IMG/VR virus record: IMGVR_UViG_3300042864_000169 | Span: 1 to 61,032 of that record | Reading direction: 5' to 3' (one strand) | DNA: 61,032 bases | Source: a virus | Taxonomy: Duplodnaviria > Caudoviricetes | Shown: piece by piece, positions 26,539 to 35,691 of the stretch | Numbering within the stretch: the first letter of the stretch is position 1 | Layout of the letters: each line of letters begins with the position of its first letter | Translations under genes and position numbers: made by a program | Notes under the pieces: generated by a model | Told to the model about the DNA's origin: nothing | Database searches by the model: none | What the model saw: only the letters and a program-made list of their open reading frames with translations

Positions 26539-29500
26539 ATGACTACAGGCGCAACAGGACAACTAGGTTTAGCTCTACCAGTACAGGGGGAACTCTCCGG
26601 CACATGGGGCGATACCGTTAACAATGGTCTAACGCAGTACATTAATATTGCCATTGCCGGTACTTTGACTCTAACAGGTGATGGCGCGGTAACTCTGGCT
26701 AACACCACTGGTGACGCTTCAGCTTCTAATGTCACATCCAGTCTGACAGGCGCGGGCACAGTCACAGCCCAGTTTGCCATCGTGCGGGTTACAGGTACGC
26801 TGACAGTCGCCAAGGTAGTCACAGGCCCAAGCTACAGCAAGACATACACAGTGGTGAACGCTGCTACGGGCGGTATCGTTACGTTTAAAGCATCAGGCCA
26901 GACTGGTGTTTCTATCGCTGTAGGCGAGACAGCCTTTGTTTACTTCAACGGCACAGACTATGTAAAGGTTGTTGGTACAGCCACGGCTGGTGCGGCTGGT
27001 GGTTCTAACACTCAGGTTCAGTTCAACAGTTCTGGCGTATTGGCTGGTTCTTCCAATCTGACCTTTGATGGCACTACACTTGTAGCGGCAAACCTTACCG
27101 ACTCTTCTTTGACATCTGGTCGAGTGGTTTACACAACCACTGGCGGTAACTTAATTGACTCTGCTAACCTTTTGTACTCTGGTACTGACCTGACTGTTTA
27201 CGGCATCACCGTAGGCCGTGGTGGTGGTGGTGTGGCTTCCAATACGGCTGTAGGTGCTGGTGCTTTAGTGTCTAATACTACTGGATTCAACTCGACTGCT
27301 TTTGGTATCAATGCTTTAGCAACAGTAACAACTACAAATTCAAATACTGCTTTTGGGTATGAAGCATTAAAACTTACTACAAGTGGTTACGCAAATAATG
27401 CTTTTGGAAATAACTCTTTACAAGCAAACACCACGGGATTTTTTAATACAGCCGTTGGTTCAACTGCATTAGGAGCTAATACTACTGGCACAAATAATGT
27501 AGCAGTTGGTGCTAATGCCCTTAACGCTAACACCACAGCATCAGACAACACTGCTGTTGGCTATCAGTCTCTCTATACCAACACCACTGGTGGCTACAAC
27601 ACTGCCCTAGGTATTCAGACTGGGTATTTAAATACGACTGGCGCAGAGAATGTTTATGTTGGTCGCACAACTGGATACAGCAATACAACCGGTAGTTACA
27701 ACTCGGCTCTTGGTGCCGCCGCACTTGCAAACAATACCACAGCATCTTACAACACTGTTGTAGGACATCAAGCGGGGTATACAAATACTACGGGCAACGG
27801 AATAACAGCAATTGGTTCGCAAGCACTGTACTCCAACACCACTGGCACTGCAAATACGGCTGTAGGTACATTTATTTCCACTGTGTATGCCGCATTATGG
27901 TCAAATACTACTGGTAATAACAACGTAGCAATGGGTGCTGGTATTATTGGTTCTCGTGTTGCCGCACTAGCCCTTAATACGACAGGTAGCAACAACACTG
28001 CGATTGGTACATCTGCTCTTAGTACTAACACAACCAGCAGTGACAATACTGCGGTTGGTACTAGAGCGTTACAAGACAGCACTGGTGCTTCTAATACTGC
28101 GGTTGGTAAAGATGCGCTTGGTTCCAACACAACAGGCTCTAACAGCACTGCTGTTGGTTATCAGGCTGGATATAACCAAAACAACCTTGGGGCAAATAAC
28201 AACGTAGCGGTGGGTTCTCAGGCTATGTATGGTGTTTCAGGCTCTAATGGTTACTACAACGTAGCTGTTGGTGGTCAATCTTTGTTTGCCAATACAACAG
28301 GATTATCCAACACAGCAGTAGGTTATCAAGCTGGATACAGTAACACTACTGGAACACAAAACGTTGCAGTAGGATCGTTATCTCTGTACTCTAATACCAC
28401 CCCTACTGGCAACACGGCTGTTGGTTATACGGCTGGCTACGCAAATACAACAGGCGGTGCTTTAACCGCAGTAGGATTTCAAGCGGGTGGATCAAACTCA
28501 ACTGGAAATAGTACAACAGCTTTTGGGTACAACGCGCTGTTATTTAATAACACTGGAAGCTATAACGTAGCTGTAGGAGAAAATACACTCCGAGAAAACA
28601 CAACCGCTTCAGGTAATACAGGTGTTGGAACTAATGCTTTGTATGCAAATACCACTGGGGTTGCCAACACCGCAGTGGGTGGGTACGATGGTTCTACAAA
28701 TTCGCCTATGCGCTTTAATACAACTGGCTCGTACAACATTGCTGTTGGCACTGGCGCATTAGGTGCTAACACCACAGCATCTAACAACACTGCTGTAGGT
28801 TATCAATCACTTTATGCAAACACAACTGGTGCTGACAATACCGCTGTTGGCTATAGAAGTTTATATAGCAACACGACAGGAGAGGTTAACTCTGCATTTG
28901 GTGTAAATGCACTGCAAGCTAACACAACGGGTTCGTACAACACAGCACTTGGTCGCCAAGCCCTCCAAGCCAACACCACAGGAGTAAATGCAACAGCTAT
29001 TGGTTATCAAGCACTTTATACGGGTACAAATATAAACTGGAGTGTTGCGGTTGGTTACCAAGCGGGATATACGTCCACTGGAAACCACAACGTACTTATA
29101 GGTGCGTCCGCTGGTTATGGTTTGACTACTGGCACAGGCAATACATTTGTTGGGTCAAACAATGGTACTGTTAATTCTTGCGGTGCTTTAGTTACAACAG
29201 GTTCTAAAAACACCATTCTTGGTGGTTACTGTGGCAACCAAGGTGGCTTAGACATTCGCACAGCAGATAGCTACATCGTGCTGTCTGATGGAGATGGGAA
29301 TCCACGGGCTTATTGGAATAACAGTGGAAGACCTTTTTTTCCAGACTTAGGCAGTGACGCAGGCACAAACGCTGTTAGATTTAATACTGGTACTGGTCGG
29401 CTGTCCTATGACACATCTTCTGCGCGTTACAAAGACAACATTCGTGACAGCATCTACGGCTTGAGCCATGTCATGCAAATGCGTTCTACCCAGTTTGAAT

Positions 29501-29691
29501 ACAAAGAGGGTGGTCGTTCTGATGTCGGTTTAATTGCAGAAGAACTACAACCAATTGTTCCAGAATTAGTTGGCGTAAACAAAGAAGGCCAAGCAGACTC
29601 AGTATCTTATGACCGCATGGTTTCTGTATTGGTAAAAGCAATTCAAGAACTCAAAGCAGAATTTGATTCTTACAAAGCAACCCACCCTTAA
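26539..29691 (+). CDS. tail fibre/spike with NTTGxxNTAVG repeats and C-terminal peptidase S74 chaperone
   Basis: Many 14-aa beta-roll repeats; SSARYKDNI, GLIAEEL, VSYDRMVSVLVKAIQELK. Confidence 0.9.
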   Translation: MTTGATGQLGLALPVQGELSGTWGDTVNNGLTQYINIAIAGTLTLTGDGAVTLANTTGDASASNVTSSLTGAGTVTAQFAIVRVTGTLTVAKVVTGPSYSKTYTVVNAATGGIVTFKASGQTGVSIAVGETAFVYFNGTDYVKVVGTATAGAAGGSNTQVQFNSSGVLAGSSNLTFDGTTLVAANLTDSSLTSGRVVYTTTGGNLIDSANLLYSGTDLTVYGITVGRGGGGVASNTAVGAGALVSNTTGFNSTAFGINALATVTTTNSNTAFGYEALKLTTSGYANNAFGNNSLQANTTGFFNTAVGSTALGANTTGTNNVAVGANALNANTTASDNTAVGYQSLYTNTTGGYNTALGIQTGYLNTTGAENVYVGRTTGYSNTTGSYNSALGAAALANNTTASYNTVVGHQAGYTNTTGNGITAIGSQALYSNTTGTANTAVGTFISTVYAALWSNTTGNNNVAMGAGIIGSRVAALALNTTGSNNTAIGTSALSTNTTSSDNTAVGTRALQDSTGASNTAVGKDALGSNTTGSNSTAVGYQAGYNQNNLGANNNVAVGSQAMYGVSGSNGYYNVAVGGQSLFANTTGLSNTAVGYQAGYSNTTGTQNVAVGSLSLYSNTTPTGNTAVGYTAGYANTTGGALTAVGFQAGGSNSTGNSTTAFGYNALLFNNTGSYNVAVGENTLRENTTASGNTGVGTNALYANTTGVANTAVGGYDGSTNSPMRFNTTGSYNIAVGTGALGANTTASNNTAVGYQSLYANTTGADNTAVGYRSLYSNTTGEVNSAFGVNALQANTTGSYNTALGRQALQANTTGVNATAIGYQALYTGTNINWSVAVGYQAGYTSTGNHNVLIGASAGYGLTTGTGNTFVGSNNGTVNSCGALVTTGSKNTILGGYCGNQGGLDIRTADSYIVLSDGDGNPRAYWNNSGRPFFPDLGSDAGTNAVRFNTGTGRLSYDTSSARYKDNIRDSIYGLSHVMQMRSTQFEYKEGGRSDVGLIAEELQPIVPELVGVNKEGQADSVSYDRMVSVLVKAIQELKAEFDSYKATHP

Positions 29692-29709
29692 TTAACTGAA
29701 AGGTAAATC

Positions 29710-30027
29710 ATGACCACTTTTACAACCCGCATCACAGCAATGTACACCCTGCAACAGCCTGACCCTAACTATGTGGTCAATGCTTTGTGGGAAGTCACTG
29801 GCGTAGACGGCACTTACACTGCTTCTATCGGTGGCAACACGCAGTTCAACTCTGCTGACCAAGAGGGTGCATTCATCCCCTACGCCAGCCTAACAGAAGC
29901 CACCGTCATTGGTTGGATTCCTGAGAACCAGATTACAAGCGCACAGCAGTGTGTGCAGGGACAACTGGACAGTCTTGCCAACCCTCCGGTGAGTCCAGCG
30001 AACACCGCATTACCTTGGTCAGCATAA
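29710..30027 (+). CDS. tail-fibre-associated small protein
   Basis: FIPYASLTEATVIGW...LPW; follows the fibre gene. Confidence 0.7.
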   Translation: MTTFTTRITAMYTLQQPDPNYVVNALWEVTGVDGTYTASIGGNTQFNSADQEGAFIPYASLTEATVIGWIPENQITSAQQCVQGQLDSLANPPVSPANTALPWSA

Positions 30028-30041
30028 CCGGCGACTGATAA

Positions 30042-30767
30042 ATGACTGCTTTCTATGTGTATGAACACATCCGTAGAGATACGGGGGCGGTCTTTTATGT
30101 GGGTAAAGGAAGTGGCAATAGATGTTTTAGTAAAATGGGAAGAAACATTTATTGGCACAGGGTGGTTAAAAAAACAGATGGCTTCAATGTTTTAAAAATA
30201 ATTGAGAATATTGATGAGGACTTTGCATTTTTAATTGAAATTGAACGTATTGATCAATTAAAAAGACTAGGGTACGCACTAACAAATTTAACTATTGGTG
30301 GAGAAGGAGCTTCAGGGCTGGTGCATAGTCAAGAAGCAAAGCATAAAATTTCTTTTGCTCAACTAGGAAAACCTAGGGGGCCAATGAAAGAAAGTACAAA
30401 ACAGAAATTAAGTATTCTTAAGACTGGGGTGTCTAGAGGCCCGATGCCTGAAGAAACAAAAAGAAAAATACAAGTTTCAAACATTGGAAATAAACACTCA
30501 GAAGAATCATATGCTCAAATGGCAATTAAAAAAAGAGGAGTAAAACTTACCGAAAAACATAAAAAAACTTTGTCTATTTTGTTTTCAGGTAAAAACAATC
30601 CTAATTATGGTAGAAAACATAGTGATATTGCAAAAGAAAAAATTAGACAAACTCGCTTAAATGCAAAGACAATAGCGTGTCCTCATTGCCATAAAATTGG
30701 CGATCCGCCAAATATGGCAAGATGGCATTTTGATAACTGTAAACATAAAGGAAATGAAAATGGGTAA
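30042..30767 (+). mobile_element. free-standing GIY-YIG homing endonuclease with NUMOD3 repeats
   Basis: FYVYEH...FYVGKG..R, TNLTIGGEG, repeated HSxExKxKIS; visibly AT-richer than flanks. Confidence 0.85.
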
Positions 30768-30996
30768 AGATACAAACAACCCCCAAATCATTACAATTGA
30801 TGGCGTAGAGCACCAATTAAATAACTTGACTGACCAGCAACGTATTTTGCTGGAGCACGTTGCAGACCTTGACCGAAAATTAAACTCAGCTAGGTTCTCG
30901 GTTGACCAACTCCAAGTGGGCAGAGATGCCTTCTTCACAATGTTAAAGACAGCGTTAGAAGCCAAGCCTGAAGAGGCTGACGTAACCGTTAACTGA
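30760..30996 (+). CDS. small coiled-coil protein (ITIDGVEH...LTDQQ)
   Basis: Start moved to ATG 30760 behind AAGGA. Confidence 0.7.
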   Translation: MGKDTNNPQIITIDGVEHQLNNLTDQQRILLEHVADLDRKLNSARFSVDQLQVGRDAFFTMLKTALEAKPEEADVTVN

Positions 30997-30998
30997 CC

Positions 30999-31091
30999 AT
31001 GTGGGACTGGGCTGAAGCATTCATTGCGGCGGCCCTTATTGTGGCCTTTGTCATCTATGGTACGTACGTGATCGCGTGGACTTTGGTGTGA
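30999..31091 (+). CDS. 30-aa single-TM protein
   Basis: Not in ORF track; MWDWAEAFIAAALIVAFVIYGTYVIAWTLV. Confidence 0.5.
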   Translation: MWDWAEAFIAAALIVAFVIYGTYVIAWTLV

Positions 31092-31094
31092 TAA

Positions 31095-31250
31095 ATGCGT
31101 TGGCTACTGATGCTCTTTTTGGTGTTTCTACCGGGAGCAGCCAGCCAAGATAGGAAGACTGAATACCGCTGTGTGCGGTGGGCGTGGACGGGTGATGTTT
31201 ATAACCGCAAAGTTGTTTGCCTACAGTGGGAAAAGGTTGTACGGAAATGA
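31095..31250 (+). CDS. 51-aa exported protein with a Cys pair
   Basis: Not in ORF track; MRWLLMLFLVFLPGAAS signal; YRCVRWAWTGDVYNRKVVCLQW. Confidence 0.6.
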   Translation: MRWLLMLFLVFLPGAASQDRKTEYRCVRWAWTGDVYNRKVVCLQWEKVVRK

Positions 31251-31741
31251 TTGATCCGATCACGGCGCTAGAAGGATTGCAAACTGCAATCAGTGTCGTT
31301 AAAAAAGCTAGTAAAGTCGCTAGTGATCTGGCAGGTCTAACGCCGTCAATAGCCAAGCTTTTTGATGCAAAGAGCACCGCTACCAAGGCCATGCTTCAGG
31401 CCAAGCGTACAGGGGGAAAGTCTAACCTTGGTGCGGCGTTACAAATTGAGATGGCTTTGGATGAAGCCAAACGGTTTGAAGAACAGTTAAAGATGCTTTT
31501 TATGCAATCTGGACGGATAGACGTGTGGAATGCAACCAAAGCCCGTCAAGCTGAAATGGACAGGGATGATGCCAAAGAGATGGCGGCCTTACACGCTGAA
31601 GAGAAAAGGCGCAAAGAAGCTGAAGCCGAACAAATGCAATGGGCGGCTGCCATTGTTATTATTGTGATGTTTATTGGTGCTGTTGGTTGGGGTATTAATG
31701 AAGTCTCTGATCTGTGTGCTAGATCAAGGTGTGGGCGGTGA
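31247..31741 (+). CDS. MIDP-family coiled-coil protein with C-terminal TM
   Basis: Start at ATG 31247 (ATGA coupling). Confidence 0.7.
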   Translation: MIDPITALEGLQTAISVVKKASKVASDLAGLTPSIAKLFDAKSTATKAMLQAKRTGGKSNLGAALQIEMALDEAKRFEEQLKMLFMQSGRIDVWNATKARQAEMDRDDAKEMAALHAEEKRRKEAEAEQMQWAAAIVIIVMFIGAVGWGINEVSDLCARSRCGR

Positions 31742-31890
31742 ATGAGTACCAGAAGCAATTTGACCTTTTTCTTAAAGTCTTTGTGCGGTTGTGCATTGCA
31801 TGGTGGGTGCTTGGACTGCTCCGCTTCCTGCCAGATGAGTTGGCGGGGAAAATTGTCGATAAACTACTTGGAATGATAGGACTCGGATAA
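31738..31890 (+). CDS. 50-aa membrane protein
   Basis: Not in ORF track; GTGA and TAATG coupling on both sides. Confidence 0.55.
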   Translation: MNEYQKQFDLFLKVFVRLCIAWWVLGLLRFLPDELAGKIVDKLLGMIGLG

Positions 31891-32393
31891 TGCTTTCACT
31901 ATTCTCAACACTTGGCGGTTTGCTCATATCGGGCTTACCCAAACTACTGGACTTCTTCCAGAACAAGGCTGACCAGAAGCATGAGTTGGCTCTTGCCCGT
32001 GTCCAAGTAGAACTACAGCTACAGATGATGGCTCAAGGCTTTGCGGCCCAAGAGCGCATGGAAGAGATTCGCACCGATCAGATTGCTATGGAGACGGACG
32101 CGCAGATGACTGTAGCGGCCTATGACCACGACAAAAAGATCATGGAAGAAGCCAGCCGCTGGGTGGTTAACTTTGTAGGTACTGTGCGCCCGATGGTTAC
32201 TTACATCTTTGTGTTGGAACTCTGCGCTATCAATGCTTGGATTGCCTATTACGTCTACAGCAACCCACGGCTTGTCTTGAGCATGGAAGACCTGATTCGT
32301 GTTTCTGACATTATTTTCTCCACAGACGAGATGGCAATGCTGGGCGGTATCATTGGTTTCTGGTTTGGCTCAAGAAGCTGGAGCAAGAAATGA
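31890..32393 (+). CDS. holin-like membrane protein
   Basis: N-terminal amphipathic helix, VRPMVTY, IIGFWFGSR; directly before the lysozyme. Confidence 0.65.
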   Translation: MLSLFSTLGGLLISGLPKLLDFFQNKADQKHELALARVQVELQLQMMAQGFAAQERMEEIRTDQIAMETDAQMTVAAYDHDKKIMEEASRWVVNFVGTVRPMVTYIFVLELCAINAWIAYYVYSNPRLVLSMEDLIRVSDIIFSTDEMAMLGGIIGFWFGSRSWSKK

Positions 32394-32896
32394 AATTGGG
32401 AAAAGCTGGCGCTGATTTGATGCACCAATGGGAGGGGTATCGCACTAAGCCGTACCTCTGCCCAGCCCATATTTGGACAATTGGTTACGGTCATGTTTTG
32501 TACCAAGAGCAAATTAGATTACCAGTGGTGCGCGTAGAGGGAAAAGAAACGCCCATGATTCGCAAAGAGATGCCACTGAAACCGGAGGACAACCGTGTCT
32601 GGACTAAAGAAGAGATCGAGAAATTATTCACAGATGATGTCGTCCCTACTGAACGTGGTGTTCTACGACTTGCTCCCGCTTTATCTGGTCGTCAAGGGGC
32701 TTTTGATGCGTGTGTTAGCTTTGCCTTCAACGCCGGAGTGGGGGCTTTTCAGCGTTCTTCTATTCGGATGAAAATTAACAGGGGTGATTGGGAGGGCGCA
32801 GCCGATGCGCTCTTGCTGTATTGCATGGCTGGTGGCAAAATACTGCTAGGGCTAAAAAAGCGCAGGGACGCTGAAAAAGCACTGTTTCTATCTTAG
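32390..32896 (+). CDS. endolysin, GH24 lysozyme
   Basis: EG-x-PYLCPAHIWTIGYGH, FDACVSFAFNAG, GLKKRRDAE. Confidence 0.9.
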   Translation: MKLGKAGADLMHQWEGYRTKPYLCPAHIWTIGYGHVLYQEQIRLPVVRVEGKETPMIRKEMPLKPEDNRVWTKEEIEKLFTDDVVPTERGVLRLAPALSGRQGAFDACVSFAFNAGVGAFQRSSIRMKINRGDWEGAADALLLYCMAGGKILLGLKKRRDAEKALFLS

Positions 32897-32904
32897 GACT
32901 GCCA

Positions 32905-35022
32905 ATGCCTCTTAAAAAACTAACCCTGAAATCTGGTGTAAACAAAGAAAATACTCGATATACATCCGAGAACGGCTGGTTTATTTCCGACAAGATGCGG
33001 TTTCGTCAGGGTACGCCAGAAAAGATTGGTGGTTGGGTTCGTATTTCTTCGTCTGTTTTTCAAGGCGTATGCCGTTCTTTGTGGAACTGGGTCACATTAA
33101 CCTCCCTCAATTTAATTGGTGTAGGCACCAACTTAAAGTTTTACATTGAGTCTGGTGGGGCATACAACGACATCACGCCTATCCGAACTACAGTAACGAT
33201 CAATAACAACCCGTTTGCACTGACTGCCTCTACAACAGTTACCGTGACTGACACTGCTCACGGATGCTACACAGGCGACTTTGTAACCTTCAGCGGTGCT
33301 ACAGATATTGGCGGTGGCGGCACTAACGTTACTGCGTCTGTCTTAAACCGAAACTTCCAAGTTACGGTTATTGACGCAAACACGTACACAATCGTTATAT
33401 CTGTAACGCCAAATGCTACGGCTATTTCGGCTTCTCCCGGAGGCGGGAGTGGTGTCATAGCGGCTTATGAAATTCATACTGGCCCTGCGTATGCGGTGGC
33501 TTTGACAGGCTGGGGCGGTGGTGCTTGGGGTGCTGGAACATGGGGCGTTGGAGTCACAACAGTTAATGCTATCCAGTTGTGGAGCCAGAATAACTTTGGT
33601 GAAGATCTAATCTACGCCCCAAGGGGTGGTGGTATTTACTACTGGTCTGCTCAGATTGGTGTTACGCCTCTGGTGTTTACAGTAACTATCGCTACGCCCG
33701 CTGTGGTGACTGCGGCTTTAAGGAACGGCACAGCGGTCGTGCTAAACACAACAGGCGCTTTGCCAACTGGTTTGTCTGTAGGCACGGTCTACTATGTGGT
33801 GGGAAGCTCTGGCACAACTTGTAATCTATCGGCTACTTTTGGCGGTGCGGCTATTAACACCAGCGGTTCTCAGTCGGGGACTCAAACAATCTCCGCCAGA
33901 GGCATTGATATTACCCAATTAGGTGGAGCATCAGACTGCCCGACTGTCCAGAACACCATCTTTGTTGCTGATGTAAGCCGGTTTGTGTTTGCGTTTGGCT
34001 GTAATGATTACGGCAGTACCGTTCAAGACCCTATGTTGCTTCGCTGGTCTGACCAAGAATCAGTGACAAACTGGACGCCATCAGCCACAAACCAAGCGGG
34101 CAGTATCCGACTGTCCCACGGCTCTGAAATCGTTACTTGCGTACAGACCCGTCAAGAGATTGTGGTTTGGACTGACTCGTCTATATATTCACTCCAATAC
34201 CAAGGATCACCTGTTGTTTGGTCTAGCCAACTTCTAGGAGACAACATCTCTATCATCGGCCCCAATGCGGCTGTTGTTGCGTCTGGTGTGATTTATTGGA
34301 TGGGCGTAGAGAAGTTCTATAAATACGATGGTCGCACTCAGACTATGCGTTGCGATCTGCTCCGTCATATCTTCCAAGACATTAACTTGGCGCAGGCATC
34401 TCAAGTGTTTGCGGGAACTAACGAAGGCTTTAACGAGGTCTGGTGGTTCTATTGTTCTGCCAATAGCACTGCAATTGACCTATATGTTATCTATAACTAC
34501 TCAGAAGATGTTTGGTCTTATGGAACACTAGGCCGCACGGCATGGCTTGATTCAGGTCTGCGTGACCACCCAATAGCCGCTACATACTCCTATAACCTTG
34601 TTGACCATGAGCAAGGTAATGATGATAACCAAACAGGCACACCAGCGGCTATCAATGCCATCATTGGTTCTGCTGAGTTTGACATTGACGATGGCGACCA
34701 CTTTGGATTTGTCTGGAGGATGCTCCCAGACATTACATTCCGAGGCTCTACTGCGGCTTCACCCCAAGTCACAATGACACTGATTCCCATGCAGAACGCT
34801 GGTTCAGGTTACAACAATCCTATTTCTTTAGGTGGCAATCAAAACGCTACGGTTACCCGCACATCTACCTCTGTGATTGAGCAGTTTACGGGTCAGGTGT
34901 ATGTCAGGGTGCGAGGCCGTCAGATGATTATTCAAGTTGAATCTACTCAGCTTGGTTGCGCTTGGCAGTTGGGTTCACCACGTATTGACATTAAACAAGA
35001 CGGTCGCAGGGGTAACTCATGA
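32905..35022 (+). CDS. tail nozzle / tubular B-like (P22 gp10-like) protein
   Basis: 705 aa beta-rich; RFRQGTPEKIGGW, RWSDQE, EVWWFY, RVRGRQ. Confidence 0.7.
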   Translation: MPLKKLTLKSGVNKENTRYTSENGWFISDKMRFRQGTPEKIGGWVRISSSVFQGVCRSLWNWVTLTSLNLIGVGTNLKFYIESGGAYNDITPIRTTVTINNNPFALTASTTVTVTDTAHGCYTGDFVTFSGATDIGGGGTNVTASVLNRNFQVTVIDANTYTIVISVTPNATAISASPGGGSGVIAAYEIHTGPAYAVALTGWGGGAWGAGTWGVGVTTVNAIQLWSQNNFGEDLIYAPRGGGIYYWSAQIGVTPLVFTVTIATPAVVTAALRNGTAVVLNTTGALPTGLSVGTVYYVVGSSGTTCNLSATFGGAAINTSGSQSGTQTISARGIDITQLGGASDCPTVQNTIFVADVSRFVFAFGCNDYGSTVQDPMLLRWSDQESVTNWTPSATNQAGSIRLSHGSEIVTCVQTRQEIVVWTDSSIYSLQYQGSPVVWSSQLLGDNISIIGPNAAVVASGVIYWMGVEKFYKYDGRTQTMRCDLLRHIFQDINLAQASQVFAGTNEGFNEVWWFYCSANSTAIDLYVIYNYSEDVWSYGTLGRTAWLDSGLRDHPIAATYSYNLVDHEQGNDDNQTGTPAAINAIIGSAEFDIDDGDHFGFVWRMLPDITFRGSTAASPQVTMTLIPMQNAGSGYNNPISLGGNQNATVTRTSTSVIEQFTGQVYVRVRGRQMIIQVESTQLGCAWQLGSPRIDIKQDGRRGNS

Positions 35023-35684
35023 TTGTTATTTCTGACTTTGAGATCAATCAGGTTGCCGCGCCTAACTTACCACTGGCTCCGTTTGAATATGATCGTCTGT
35101 ATGCAGATCAACTAAACAACGTGCTTCGCCTGTATTTCAACAGGCTTGATGCTATTTTAAATCAGTTAAAGACATCCGATGATATTGATCCCGCTAACGT
35201 CAATTTCCCAAATGGTTTGTTCTTTAACACCGCAGACCAAACGCTGGCGGCTGTAGATACAGGCTATCCCATCACGTTTAACCAAACGTACCTTAATAAT
35301 TTTGTGGCCCTCCAAACCGCCAGCACTTCTAAGATTGAGGTGGCTGTTCCCGGTGTATATAACTTTCAGTTGTCGGCTCAGTTAAAAAGCACTAACGCAT
35401 CAGCCAAAGATGTTCAGATTTGGATCAAGCGTGGTACAACAACAATTGGTTATTCGGGGCATAGATACACCGTTGAAGGCTCAGACAACCACATGAATGT
35501 TAACTGGATATTTGACATTGACTTGGCTGCTGGTGAATACATTGAGATGTACTGGGGCGCAGACAATACAAACGTGACAATGGAGGCTATTGCCGCATCT
35601 GCTCCATATCCTGCCGTTGCTTCAGCGGTAATGGCTGTAAACTTTGTTGCGCGGTTGCCTAGCCCCCGTCCAACTCCCCCGTGA
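35019..35684 (+). CDS. tail-associated protein
   Basis: APNLPLAP..Y...LRLYFNRL plus C-terminal jelly-roll-like domain. Confidence 0.6.
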   Translation: MIVISDFEINQVAAPNLPLAPFEYDRLYADQLNNVLRLYFNRLDAILNQLKTSDDIDPANVNFPNGLFFNTADQTLAAVDTGYPITFNQTYLNNFVALQTASTSKIEVAVPGVYNFQLSAQLKSTNASAKDVQIWIKRGTTTIGYSGHRYTVEGSDNHMNVNWIFDIDLAAGEYIEMYWGADNTNVTMEAIAASAPYPAVASAVMAVNFVARLPSPRPTPP

Positions 35685-35691
35685 GGACAAC

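Noticed and set aside
25782-29088. Minus-strand ORFs opposite the fibre genes (e.g. 26064-26459, 27768-28148)
   Set aside because: Antisense shadows of repetitive G/T/A-rich coding sequence, without the promoter and RBS support seen at 47936-48118.
27230-29200. Tail-fibre AAY-rich repeats as a diversity-generating retroelement or DNA repeat array
   Set aside because: The repeats are at protein level with free synonymous variation; no reverse transcriptase or template repeat is in the window.
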